This document shows, piece after piece, positions 49,312 through 58,680 of a stretch of DNA of 64,000 nucleotides (positions within the stretch are counted from its first letter, which is position 1; each line of letters starts with the position of its first letter). The notes beneath the pieces are model-generated. The model did no database searches and had not been told where the DNA came from. It saw only the letters and a program-made list of their open reading frames with translations. Source of the DNA: Atribacterota bacterium (GTDB lineage: Bacteria; Atribacterota; Phoenicimicrobiia; Phoenicimicrobiales; Stramentimicrobiaceae). Location: the NCBI GenBank assembly GCA_040767965.1, contig JAXGNR010000004.1, forward strand, positions 192,001 through 256,000, in the 5' to 3' direction. Position numbers and translations under genes: made by a program.

Positions 49312-50271
49312 ATGAGAAAAGTATTATTATTTTCTATATTGTTAATTTTTGTTTTTACTATGGGATTATCAGCTGCTGACTATCCAAGCGATAACATCAA
49401 ACTTATTGTTGGCTGGGCAGCTGGTGGTGGTAGTGATACTATGGCGAGAGTAGTAGCTCCCTACCTGGAAAAACATATAGGCGTTCCAGTTGTGGTTGAA
49501 AATAGACCTGGGTCAAGTGGAGAGGTATCCTTTGTATATCTCTATAATGCTAAGCCTGACGGTTATACGCTTGGATTAAGCAATATTCCTGTTCTTTTTT
49601 CACCTGCTTTAATGAGAGAAGTCCAGTATAATTGGAGAGAATTCGAACCATTAATTAATGTAGTTACAGACCCGGGAGTCATTGCAGTTAAAGCAGATGA
49701 TGATCGTTTCCCAGATCTGGAAACATTTTTAGCTTATGCCAAAGAACATCCAAAACTATTAACTATTGGTAATACTGGAGTAGGAAGTGGAGATTATGTA
49801 TCTGCCTTAATGCTGGAAGAAGAAGCTGGTGTAACATTTAACAATATTGCCTTTGATGGTGCTGGTGAATGCATTCCTGCATTATTAGGTGGTCACATTG
49901 ATGCTATAGGAGCAAATGCGTCAGAATTAGTTCAATTTGTAGAATCTAACCAAATGAGAATATTGGGTTCTATGTCTGAAGAAAGATATCCTGATTATCC
50001 GGATGTTCCTACTTTCTTAGAATTAGGTTATGACCTTCTTGCCAGTTCCAGTCGCGGTATTTCAGCTCCTCCAGGAACACCTGATGATGTATTAGAAATT
50101 CTTGGCGAAGCTTTTGAAAAAGCGGTAAATGACCCAGAATTTCTGGAGCAAGCAAAAATAGCTGGATTAGCTTTAAATGTTAAGCTTCTGGATGATTATA
50201 GAGTAATGAGAGACAATATGTGGGAAGATTACGAAGAATTATATTCTAAACGTCCATGGGGTGGCGAGTAA
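49312..50271 (+). CDS. tctC: Tripartite tricarboxylate transporter substrate-binding protein (TctC/Bug)
   Basis: Signal peptide, YP...I.LIVGWAAGGGSD..AR, VENRPG, KPDGYTL, LGGHID, PDVPT..E.G. Confidence 0.92.
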   Translation: MRKVLLFSILLIFVFTMGLSAADYPSDNIKLIVGWAAGGGSDTMARVVAPYLEKHIGVPVVVENRPGSSGEVSFVYLYNAKPDGYTLGLSNIPVLFSPALMREVQYNWREFEPLINVVTDPGVIAVKADDDRFPDLETFLAYAKEHPKLLTIGNTGVGSGDYVSALMLEEEAGVTFNNIAFDGAGECIPALLGGHIDAIGANASELVQFVESNQMRILGSMSEERYPDYPDVPTFLELGYDLLASSSRGISAPPGTPDDVLEILGEAFEKAVNDPEFLEQAKIAGLALNVKLLDDYRVMRDNMWEDYEELYSKRPWGGE

Positions 50272-50285
50272 TCAAGATTAATTAA

Positions 50286-50333
50286 TTAATAATTGAATGA
50301 CTCAGGTTTTTACCTGAGTCATTCAATTATTAA
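50286..50333 (+). terminator. Long perfect hairpin after tctC (terminator/mRNA stabiliser)
   Basis: ttaataattgaatgactcaggt / acctgagtcattcaattattaa 22-bp stem. Confidence 0.75.
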
Positions 50334-50366
50334 ATTAATAAATGATATTAAAGGAGGGTATGATAC

Positions 50367-50801
50367 ATGAACTTGACAAACAAAGTTAAAGACAGAATTT
50401 TAGCTTTTATTGTTTTATCCTTAGGATTTGCTGGTTATTATGCCACCAGATCATTTCCTGGACAATCAGGTGTTTTTCCAAGAGGTATTTTTGTCTTCTG
50501 CAATGGCATCAGCAGCTTTATTATTTTTGGTACTTTTTGGCCTTTCCTTAAAAAGAAAAAAGCGAAAAATACAACTATAAAAGAGTTTTAATAATTGCTC
50601 TATCAACTTTAATTTATTTCCACGATTAATTTCTTGGGATATTTTATTGCAACGCCCTTATTTCTTTTTACTGTCAGTTACCTTTTGGAATTGCGTAAAT
50701 TTAAAAATTATTAGTACTATACCCATTAGGATTTACTTTTTCTTTATGTAAGCTTTGTAATATTGCTGCATGTTCCACTTCCAATGGGAATTTTTGAATA
50801 A
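50367..50801 (+). pseudogene. tctB: TctB small membrane subunit, multiple frameshifts
   Basis: Hydrophobic N-terminus with FP motif; LGYFIATPLF and C-terminal LLHVPLPMGIFE* in other frames. Confidence 0.7.
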
Positions 50802-50841
50802 ATGAATAAGTTTTAACTAAAGTAAAAGGCAGGTGTAATTT

Positions 50842-52364
50842 GTGTGGAATGAATTAATAAATGGAATCTGGATAGTTTTATCTATAAAACATTTAATTTA
50901 TATGACATTCGGAGCGTTGCGGGAATTGCAGTAGGTGGGCAACTCCTGGTTTGACATCCAGCATGGGTGTGTAGCTCTTTTGATTCCAATAACATTTTCT
51001 ATGCCGGCGACAACAGGATTAATTTTTGGAAGCATGAGTATGTTGGTTCAGTTTACGGAGGTTCTATCTCAGCTATATTAATAGGGGTATTCCTGGCACA
51101 CCGGCTTCTATTGCAACATCTTTTGAGCAGCGGTCACGGTGTTGTGAAGAATGGTGAAGCTGATATGGCTTTACGAACATCTATATCTGCATCAACTGTT
51201 GGGGGAATAATTGGTGCATTATGCTTAATATTTATAGCTCCTCCACTAGCAAAAATAGCACTTTCTTTTGGTCCAGATGAATACTTTTGGGTCGCTGTCT
51301 TTGGCTTAACAATTATAATATCTATCGCGAGTAAAAATCCAATAAAAGGGTTCATATCAGCAGCACTTGGATTTTTTGTGGGAACAATTGGCATGGATCC
51401 TGTTATTGGCAATACAAGATTTATTGGCAGTACAGAATTGATTGGTGGTATTGATGTAGTTGTATTATTAATAGGACTTTTTTCTATACCGCAGGCTTTA
51501 AGTAATGGCTGAAACAGGTGATATAAAGGCTTCATATAGTATTGAAAACGGAATAAAAATGGCAACTTTTGTAGACGTAATATGAAAGATATAAAGAACA
51601 CTTTGGGTAACTTATTTACGTTCATCAATATTAGGAACAATTATTGGAATTATTCCTGCGTGCCGGTGGAAGTATAGCTTCTTACCTGGGATATAACGAA
51701 GCAAAGAGATGGCCGAAGAGACCAGAATTATTTGGTACAGGTATAGCAGAAGGAGTTTCCGTTGCTTCAGAAGCCGCTAACAGGCCGCTGTTGTTGGAGG
51801 AGCCATGGTTCTTTTTATTGGACATTGGGAGTTCCGGGTAATAATGTTTCTGCTATTTTGATTGGGGACTGATGATTCAGGGATTAAGGCCTTTTGACCA
51901 ATGTTGTTTGTTCAAAACCCAGATGTAGTTTATTCTTTCATGTTTTCACTACTATTTGCTAACTTTGTAATGCTATTTTTGGGTTATTATGGTGCTAATT
52001 TCTTTGTAAATATTGTAAAAATTCCCAACAATATTTTAGCCCCATCAATTATAACATTAAGTATGATAGGTTCTTATGCAATTAGAAATAGTTTTTTTGA
52101 TGTTGGATTGATGATATTTTTGGTTTTCTTGGTTACTTGATGAAAAAGTTAATATTAGTTTTGCTCCAGCAGTTTTAGCTTTAATCTTAGGACCAATTGC
52201 AGAGTCAAATATCAGAGAGCATTCCAGATTAGTAATGGCAGTGTTAGTATACTTTTTTCCAGTATGCTTGATTGATATTAATTTCATTGAGCATTATTTC
52301 AATATTTTTCGCTTTAGTAGTTTTTATCAAGGATCGCAGACAAAGCAAAATTTCTGTTAAATAA
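50842..52364 (+). pseudogene. tctA: TctA large membrane subunit, many frameshifts
   Basis: Fragments YVGSVYGGSISAIL, ALSFGPDEYF, IGMDP, GLFSIPQ, YNEAKR..PELFGTG..EGV, IGSYA, ILGPIAE. Confidence 0.8.
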
Positions 52365-52453
52365 AGTACTAATTACTTGTTAGAAACATAAACCATTTTA
52401 AATTTTATGAGAATATCTAAATATAATTTACCAATGTGAAATGAGGTAAAATT

Positions 52454-53312
52454 ATGAAAAATAACTCTATTAAAAAATTAATCAATGAACCGGAGATATT
52501 GATAATGCCGGGTGTGCATGATGCTTTAAGTGCAATAATTAAGCGAGAAGGCTGGTTTCAAGGCAGTACAAGGTTCCGATGGGTTTTGCTGGTAGTTATC
52601 TTGGTTTGCCTGATGTAGCCATCCTGTCTTCAAGCCAGATGATAGAAATTACCCGAATATTGCTAAAGCTGTAAATATCCCTGTTATGGCAGATGGTGAC
52701 ACGGGATTTTGCACGTTGCCAGTGTATTCTATAAGAAACAGAGGGTTTGAAGATGCCGGTGCTTCCGGAGTTAATTTAGAGGACCAAGTTTTTCCGAAAA
52801 GATGTGGGCATATGGAAGGAAAAAAAATTATTCCCATGGAAGAAATGGTAAAAAAGATTGAAGCTGCTATGGAAGCAAAAAGAGATAAAGATTTTGTTAT
52901 TAATGCAAGAACTGATGCTATTGCAATTTCAGGAGTAGATGAGGCTATAAAAAGAGGAAATGCCTATGCCAAAGCTGGTGCTGACCTTATCTTCGTAGAA
53001 GCCCCTACTAAAGAAGAAGACATAAAAAAAGTTATCAGTTCAATTAATGCACCAGTTAGCATCAATTTGCTGCAAGGAGGAAAGACACCTTTAGTCCCTA
53101 TTGCAAAATTACAGGAATGGGGTGCGGCTAGAGTAAGTATTCCTGTTACTTCTGTTATGATAACTGCAAAGGCATTGATGAGGGCTTTTGAATATATTAT
53201 CAAAAATAGAGAGATATCCGGATTAGAAGGAGATGCTACAACTTTTTCAGAATATACCAAGCTGGTAGGTTTGGATGATATAAAAGAATTGGAAAAGAAA
53301 TACTCAATATAA
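52454..53312 (+). CDS. Isocitrate lyase/PEP mutase family C-C lyase (PrpB/2,3-dimethylmalate lyase/OAH-like); N-terminal third frameshifted
   Basis: MPGVHDALSA at 5' end, LGLPD, ADGDTGF, EDQVFPKRCGH, ARTDA, AGADLIFVEA. Confidence 0.85.
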
Positions 53313-53413
53313 AAATCATTTTTTAATATATTTTGTATTTTCGCATTTATTTAATTGTAAAAATTGTTGTTTTTTATTATAGAATAATAACTTATAAAAA
53401 GAGAGGATTTTGG

Positions 53414-54418
53414 ATGTCAATTAGAATTCTAGATTGTACTTTAAGAGATGGTAGTCATGCCATAAATTACAAGTTTGACAAGGATTTAACTAAAAAAGTA
53501 CTAAGCGGATTAGAGAATGCAGGGATTGAATGGATTGAGATGGGACATGGCCGGGGACTGGGAGCAAGTAAGAGAAGTGGCAAGGCAGCACCGTTGAGTG
53601 ATGAAGAATACATTGATTTAGCCCAAGAAACATTAAAGAAAGCTAAATTTGGTTTTTTATGTCAAAAGAAGTTTGGTAATGAAGAAGATGTAAAAATGGT
53701 TGCTCAAAAAGGGGTAGATTTTATCAGAATTGCTACCAATATAACTGAGACTGATCAAGTTGAAAATTTAATAAAATATGCAAAAGAACAAAATTTATCA
53801 GTATTTGTTGCCTTAATGAAGGCTCATACTGTGCAAAATATGAGTGAATATATAAAAATATTACAAGAATTACAGAATTGGGGAGTAGATCTTGCCACGT
53901 TAATGGATTCAACAGGGACTATGTTGCCGGAAGATGTGCAAAAATATATTAATTTTGCCAAAACTAATGTAGATTTAAAGATTGGTTTTCATGCCCATAA
54001 CAATTTGCAACTAGGAATAGCAAATGCAATTTCTGCTGCAAAATCAGGGGCAGATTCTGTAGATGCAAGCATAGGAGGGCTTGGTAGAAGTTCAGGGAAT
54101 GCCCCTACTGAGATTATGGCTTTAATATTTAAAAAATATGGCTGGAATGATAACGTAGACTATAAAATAATTTCTCAACTTAATGACGAACTTATTTTCC
54201 CATTAATAAAAGGGGAGAACAGGTTTTCCTCAAAGGCTATTACCTTTGGGTATGCTGGTTTTCATTCAAGTTTTTTCCCAATAGTGGAGAATGTCGTAGA
54301 GAAAAACCCTAATCTAGATTATCGAGATATAATTATGGAAATCAGCAAAATAAATCAGGTAAATGTAAATGAAGAAATAGCTGAGAAGGCAGTTGCTAAT
54401 TTATTAAAAAAGCAATAA
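53414..54418 (+). CDS. DRE-TIM aldolase, 4-hydroxy-2-oxovalerate aldolase (DmpG)-like
   Basis: LDCTLRDG, IEMGHG.GLG, DSTG, GFHAHNN, GLGRSSGN, GYAG.HSSF. Confidence 0.85.
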   Translation: MSIRILDCTLRDGSHAINYKFDKDLTKKVLSGLENAGIEWIEMGHGRGLGASKRSGKAAPLSDEEYIDLAQETLKKAKFGFLCQKKFGNEEDVKMVAQKGVDFIRIATNITETDQVENLIKYAKEQNLSVFVALMKAHTVQNMSEYIKILQELQNWGVDLATLMDSTGTMLPEDVQKYINFAKTNVDLKIGFHAHNNLQLGIANAISAAKSGADSVDASIGGLGRSSGNAPTEIMALIFKKYGWNDNVDYKIISQLNDELIFPLIKGENRFSSKAITFGYAGFHSSFFPIVENVVEKNPNLDYRDIIMEISKINQVNVNEEIAEKAVANLLKKQ

Positions 54419-54437
54419 TAAGGAGAAAGAAAAAAGG

Positions 54438-55418
54438 ATGAGTAAAGGGAAAAAATATAAAGTATTAATAACAAGCCCAATTATTTGTCAAGATGCAATT
54501 GACATGTTAGAAAAAATTGCTGATGTAAAAATAATTGACGCTAATTCCTCAGAAGAAATTGTCATTAATTCTTCTAAAGATGTTGATGCTATTTTAGCCA
54601 GAACTGTAAAAATAACCAAAAAAGTTATAGATTCTGCCAAAAACTTAAAAATAATATCCCGTCATGGAGTCGGGGTTGATGGGGTAGATATTGAAAGTGC
54701 AACAAAAAAGGGAATTTATGTAACAATTACACCAGAAGCTAACGCAGAGGCAGTGAGTGAATTTGCAATAGCATTGATGATGACTTTTAATAGAAAAATT
54801 ATTGATTGTTTTGAAACTGTAAAGTCTGGTTCCTGGGAAAGAGGAAGGCTAATACAAAGTGAACTTTTTAATAAAAAACTAGGTATCGTAGGGCTAGGGA
54901 ATATTGGTTCCAGAGTAGCTAAAAAGGCCAAAGCTTTTGATATGCAGATATACGGATATGATCCTTATATTTCTCCTGAAAGAGCTGCTAAAATTGGGGT
55001 TCAATTATTGAAATTTGAAGAACTATTAACTGAATCAGATATAGTAACCGTACATATCCCAGCAAATCCTGATACAAAATATCTGTTTGATAAAGTTCAG
55101 TTTGATTTAATGAAAAAAAGTGCTCTTTTTGTTAATACTTCCCGGGGTGATATTGTCAATGAAAAAGCATTAATAAATGCCTTAAAGAATAAAGGCATTG
55201 CCGGAGCCTGCTTAGATGTATTTAGCAGTGAACCGATTAAAGGGGATAATGAATTATTATTTTTAGATAATGTAATACTTTCTCCTCATGTAGCAGCCCA
55301 ATCCAAAGAAGCTTTGGAGAGAGTTGGCAAAGAAGCAGCACAGAATATTATTAAAATGCTGAATGGGGATATACCTAAGGGTGTATATAATAAAGAACTT
55401 GTTTCTAATAATAATTAA
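54438..55418 (+). CDS. D-isomer-specific 2-hydroxyacid dehydrogenase (SerA-like, no ACT)
   Basis: RHGVGVD, GLGNIG, NTSRG, DVF..EP, SPHVAA. Confidence 0.92.
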   Translation: MSKGKKYKVLITSPIICQDAIDMLEKIADVKIIDANSSEEIVINSSKDVDAILARTVKITKKVIDSAKNLKIISRHGVGVDGVDIESATKKGIYVTITPEANAEAVSEFAIALMMTFNRKIIDCFETVKSGSWERGRLIQSELFNKKLGIVGLGNIGSRVAKKAKAFDMQIYGYDPYISPERAAKIGVQLLKFEELLTESDIVTVHIPANPDTKYLFDKVQFDLMKKSALFVNTSRGDIVNEKALINALKNKGIAGACLDVFSSEPIKGDNELLFLDNVILSPHVAAQSKEALERVGKEAAQNIIKMLNGDIPKGVYNKELVSNNN

Positions 55419-55469
55419 AATTATAAAAGTTATATTTATTTAAATAATAATCCAAAGGAGGATCATATC

Positions 55470-56522
55470 TTGTCTGATAAGATTAGAATTCAAGAAGACC
55501 AGTTACGTTCTTTTAGTACTCAGCTATTCCAAAAGGTAGGCTTAAATGCTGCTGATGCCCATACAGTTTCTGATGCCCTGGTATTTGCCAACTTACGCGG
55601 GATAGACTCTCATGGTATCCTCAGACTTCCCTTTTACCTGAAAAGATTAGAAGTAGGAGGATCCAAGTCCAACCCCAATATCTCTACCATCAAAGAAAAA
55701 GCCGCCTATGCCCTCCTGGACGGTGATAACGGCATGGGTCAGGTTATCGGAGCATATGCTGCCAGAATGGCTGCTCAAAAAGCCAAAGAAGCCGGCATCA
55801 GCTTCATTGCTGTCAGAGGCAGTGCCCACTTTGGTGCAGCTTCCTACTATTCCAATCTGATAGCCAAAGAAAACATGATCGGTTTTGCCACCACCAATAC
55901 CACCCAGATAATGGCTGCCTGGGGAGGATCTGATAAGATCCTGGGAAACAACCCCATTGCTATTTCAGTGCCCAAAGATGGCGAACCTTTAGTCTTGGAT
56001 ATCTCTATGAGCAGGGTAGCAGGAGGCAAGATCAAACTTTATGCCAAAGATGATAAAAAAATCCCCTTAGGCTGGGGTTTAGACAAAGAAGGCAGAAACA
56101 CCACTGACCCCAATGAGGTTATCAACGGTGGAGCCTATCTGCCTTTCGGTGAGCATAAAGGGTATGGATTGGCAGTAATCCTGGAAATCCTAAATGGTGT
56201 CCTAACAGGAGCCAGCATGCTAAGTGAAACTTTCTCCTGGTGGAAATATCCTGAAAGACCTCTTAATCTAGGCCATTGTTTTGCTGCTATCAATATAGAA
56301 GACTTTATTGGTCTGGAAGAATTCTCGCAAAGATTAACAAGAATGTCCCAAGAAATAAAAGCTTCTTCCCCTGCAGAAGGTTCCAGTGGAGTTGTTATGC
56401 CTGGGGAAATTGAAGACAGAGTAAAAGCAGAAAGAAGCAAAGAAGGGATACCTGTATCCCCACAGATCGTGGAAGATTTAAAGATGTTATCAGAAAAATA
56501 CGATGTACCGTTTAGCTTATAG
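55470..56522 (+). CDS. Ldh_2 family (ComC/AllD/DlgD-type) NAD(P)H 2-oxoacid reductase
   Basis: GIDSHG, HFG, GNNPIA, DISMS, GEHKGYGL, PGE.E. Confidence 0.92.
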   Translation: MSDKIRIQEDQLRSFSTQLFQKVGLNAADAHTVSDALVFANLRGIDSHGILRLPFYLKRLEVGGSKSNPNISTIKEKAAYALLDGDNGMGQVIGAYAARMAAQKAKEAGISFIAVRGSAHFGAASYYSNLIAKENMIGFATTNTTQIMAAWGGSDKILGNNPIAISVPKDGEPLVLDISMSRVAGGKIKLYAKDDKKIPLGWGLDKEGRNTTDPNEVINGGAYLPFGEHKGYGLAVILEILNGVLTGASMLSETFSWWKYPERPLNLGHCFAAINIEDFIGLEEFSQRLTRMSQEIKASSPAEGSSGVVMPGEIEDRVKAERSKEGIPVSPQIVEDLKMLSEKYDVPFSL

Positions 56523-56558
56523 GTAATAATAAATAATTATCAAAAGATATTAAGGAGA

Positions 56559-57344
56559 ATGATAATGAAAAATCAGGAGAATAAAATAAAGAAGAAGTTA
56601 AAACTAGAACAAGTAGTTTATGGAACATGCATTAATGCGCCTAGTCCTGGTTTAGTTGAACTTGCTGGATTTTCTGGCTTAGATTTTTGTAGAATTGATA
56701 ATGAGCATACCTGGAGACAAGACGGAAGTATGGATAATATGATGAGAGCGGCCTTAGTTGGAGACATTGTAGCTATTCCAAGAATTGACAAGGGTAATCC
56801 ATTTCTAATTCGAAAAATATACGAGATTGGTGCAAAAGGTTTTATTATTCCCGATATCTATAATAGCCAAGAGGTAATTGATATTATAAAAGCTGCAAAA
56901 TTTCCTCCAAAAGGAAATAGGGGATATAGTAGTAATTGTTTATCCTCACAGTATGGTTTACATAAAGGAGAAGATTATATTAAATGGAGTAATGAAGAAT
57001 TGTTGGTGGGAATAATGATAGAAGAAAAAGAAGCCTTAGATGACATCGAAAATATTATGGCTATAGAGGATTTGGATTTTGTCCTTTTTGGACCTGCCGA
57101 TTATTCTTTAAGTATTGGATTACCTGCTCCCAGCAAAAATCATCCTAAAGTTCAGGATGCTATCAAAAAAACCATTGAAGCTGCTAATAAAAATAACAAA
57201 TATGTAATGATTGGTGTTGGCTACCCCTGGGAAGAAGAGGCACAAAGCTATATAAAAATGGGTTGTAAAATGATAGAAATAGGGCATGACTATTCCATTC
57301 TAAAAACTGTTTGGAGTAATACTTTAAATAATTTGGTAAAATAA
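56559..57344 (+). CDS. HpcH/HpaI class II pyruvate aldolase family
   Basis: GLDF..IDNEH, KFPP.GNRG, MIE, FGPADYS. Confidence 0.9.
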   Translation: MIMKNQENKIKKKLKLEQVVYGTCINAPSPGLVELAGFSGLDFCRIDNEHTWRQDGSMDNMMRAALVGDIVAIPRIDKGNPFLIRKIYEIGAKGFIIPDIYNSQEVIDIIKAAKFPPKGNRGYSSNCLSSQYGLHKGEDYIKWSNEELLVGIMIEEKEALDDIENIMAIEDLDFVLFGPADYSLSIGLPAPSKNHPKVQDAIKKTIEAANKNNKYVMIGVGYPWEEEAQSYIKMGCKMIEIGHDYSILKTVWSNTLNNLVK

Positions 57345-57422
57345 TATTTTAAATACATAATCTAATATAAAGATATAAAAAATTTTATAACTTTTCAAAA
57401 ATAGAATTAATTTTATTATTTT

Positions 57423-57472
57423 TTAACAGGAAGTAGCTTAAAATTAAAGACTATAGGTTACTTCCTGTTAAG
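57423..57472 (+). terminator. Hairpin after the HpcH gene
   Basis: ttaacaggaagtagc ... gttacttcctgttaa. Confidence 0.55.
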
Positions 57473-57495
57473 TTAGAAAGGAAAAATAAATCATA

Positions 57496-57807
57496 ATGTC
57501 AATGAAGAAAACAGCTTATATGTTTGTATCTGCTGGAGTTGATCCAAAAATACATAGAAATTAAATAATGCGTCCAAATGGAAAAGAGTTGATTACTATT
57601 GGAGTAAGAAATTATGCACAAGGTGTAGAAGTAGCTAAGGAATTAGTTAAAGAAGGTGTTGTTGGTATTAGCTTATGTGCTGGTTTTGGGAATTACGGAG
57701 TTTCAATGATTACCAGTGCTGTTGAAAGAAAGGTACCGGTGGGAGTGGTAAGGTTTGATTACCATCCAGCATTAGAATTTAAAAGCGGAGATGAAATTAA
57801 CTTCTAA
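57496..57807 (+). pseudogene. DUF6506-like small protein with an in-frame TAA at 57562
   Basis: MSMKKTAYMFVSAGVDPKIHRN*IMRPNG... same frame; LCAGFG and PVGVV motifs. Confidence 0.6.
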
Positions 57808-58149
57808 ATTGTTGATAGGTTAATATAAAAACATGAAAATTTTACTGGCTTGATTTTGTTATTATGAATTTACGAAATAATGATAAAGAATTAACAGTTT
57901 TTTAACTTACTATTTAAAAATAAATTTTTAAAAATTATTTATAATATAATTTTTACTGATTATTTTGGAATATTTTGTTTTTATCTATAAATTGCATATC
58001 TGCCGAAATATCCCAAGACAAAGATATATTCTAAATTAATCTAAATTAAATAGAATGTATCTTTCTAATATATCTACATGTATTATAAAAATCCTCTTTT
58101 GCTTAACATAAACAATTTAAAATTATTCATTTATTATATTAATACTATA

Positions 58150-58202
58150 TTGACATTCATTATTTAGCGTATTAGTATTAGTGATAACTCTAAATATGGA
58201 GA
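58150..58202 (+). promoter_or_regulatory. sigma70 promoter with two NrdR boxes
   Basis: TTGACA (58150)-N17-TAGTAT (58173); NrdR-box-like 16-mers ATTCATTATTTAGCGT (58155) and ACTCTAAATATGGAGA (58187), 32 bp apart, the second covering the SD. Confidence 0.7.
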
Positions 58203-58207
58203 AATAT

Positions 58208-58666
58208 ATGAAATGTCCTTTTTGTAAAAATATGGATACCGGGGTAATTGAATCCAGAGCTATGGAAGATGACACAGTTATCAGAAGACGTAGATATTGC
58301 AAAAAATGCAAAAAACGTTTTACCACACATGAAAGAATTGAACTTGTTCCCTTGATAGTAATAAAGAAAAATGAAAACCGGGAAGTTTTTGATCGAGGGA
58401 AAATTATAAAAGGTATTATAAAAGCCTGTGAAAAAAGACCGATATCCTTAGAAAAAATTACACAAATTGTTGATGAAATAGAAGAAAAACTTAAACAAGG
58501 TGCAGGCAATGAAATTAGCAGTCAGGAAATAGGAAGGTTAGTCATGGATCAATTAAAAATGATAGACGAAGTCGCTTATGTAAGATTTGCTTCAGTTTAC
58601 CGTCATTTTGAAGATATTGGTAGCTTTTTAGATGAGATTAATAAAATCAAAAAAGAAATTAAATAA
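58208..58666 (+). CDS. nrdR: Transcriptional repressor NrdR
   Basis: MKCPFC, SR, RRRR.C..C..RFTT.E, ATP cone, VAYVRFASVYR.F. Confidence 0.97.
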   Translation: MKCPFCKNMDTGVIESRAMEDDTVIRRRRYCKKCKKRFTTHERIELVPLIVIKKNENREVFDRGKIIKGIIKACEKRPISLEKITQIVDEIEEKLKQGAGNEISSQEIGRLVMDQLKMIDEVAYVRFASVYRHFEDIGSFLDEINKIKKEIK

Positions 58667-58680
58667 ACAAAGGCAAGGGA

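Noticed and set aside
57562-57564. Stop-codon recoding (Sec/Pyl) in the DUF6506-like gene
   Set aside because: The stop is TAA, not TGA or TAG; a nonsense mutation or base error is simpler
39600-58120. Catabolic island as an active mobile element
   Set aside because: No integrase, transposase, tRNA target or flanking direct repeats seen
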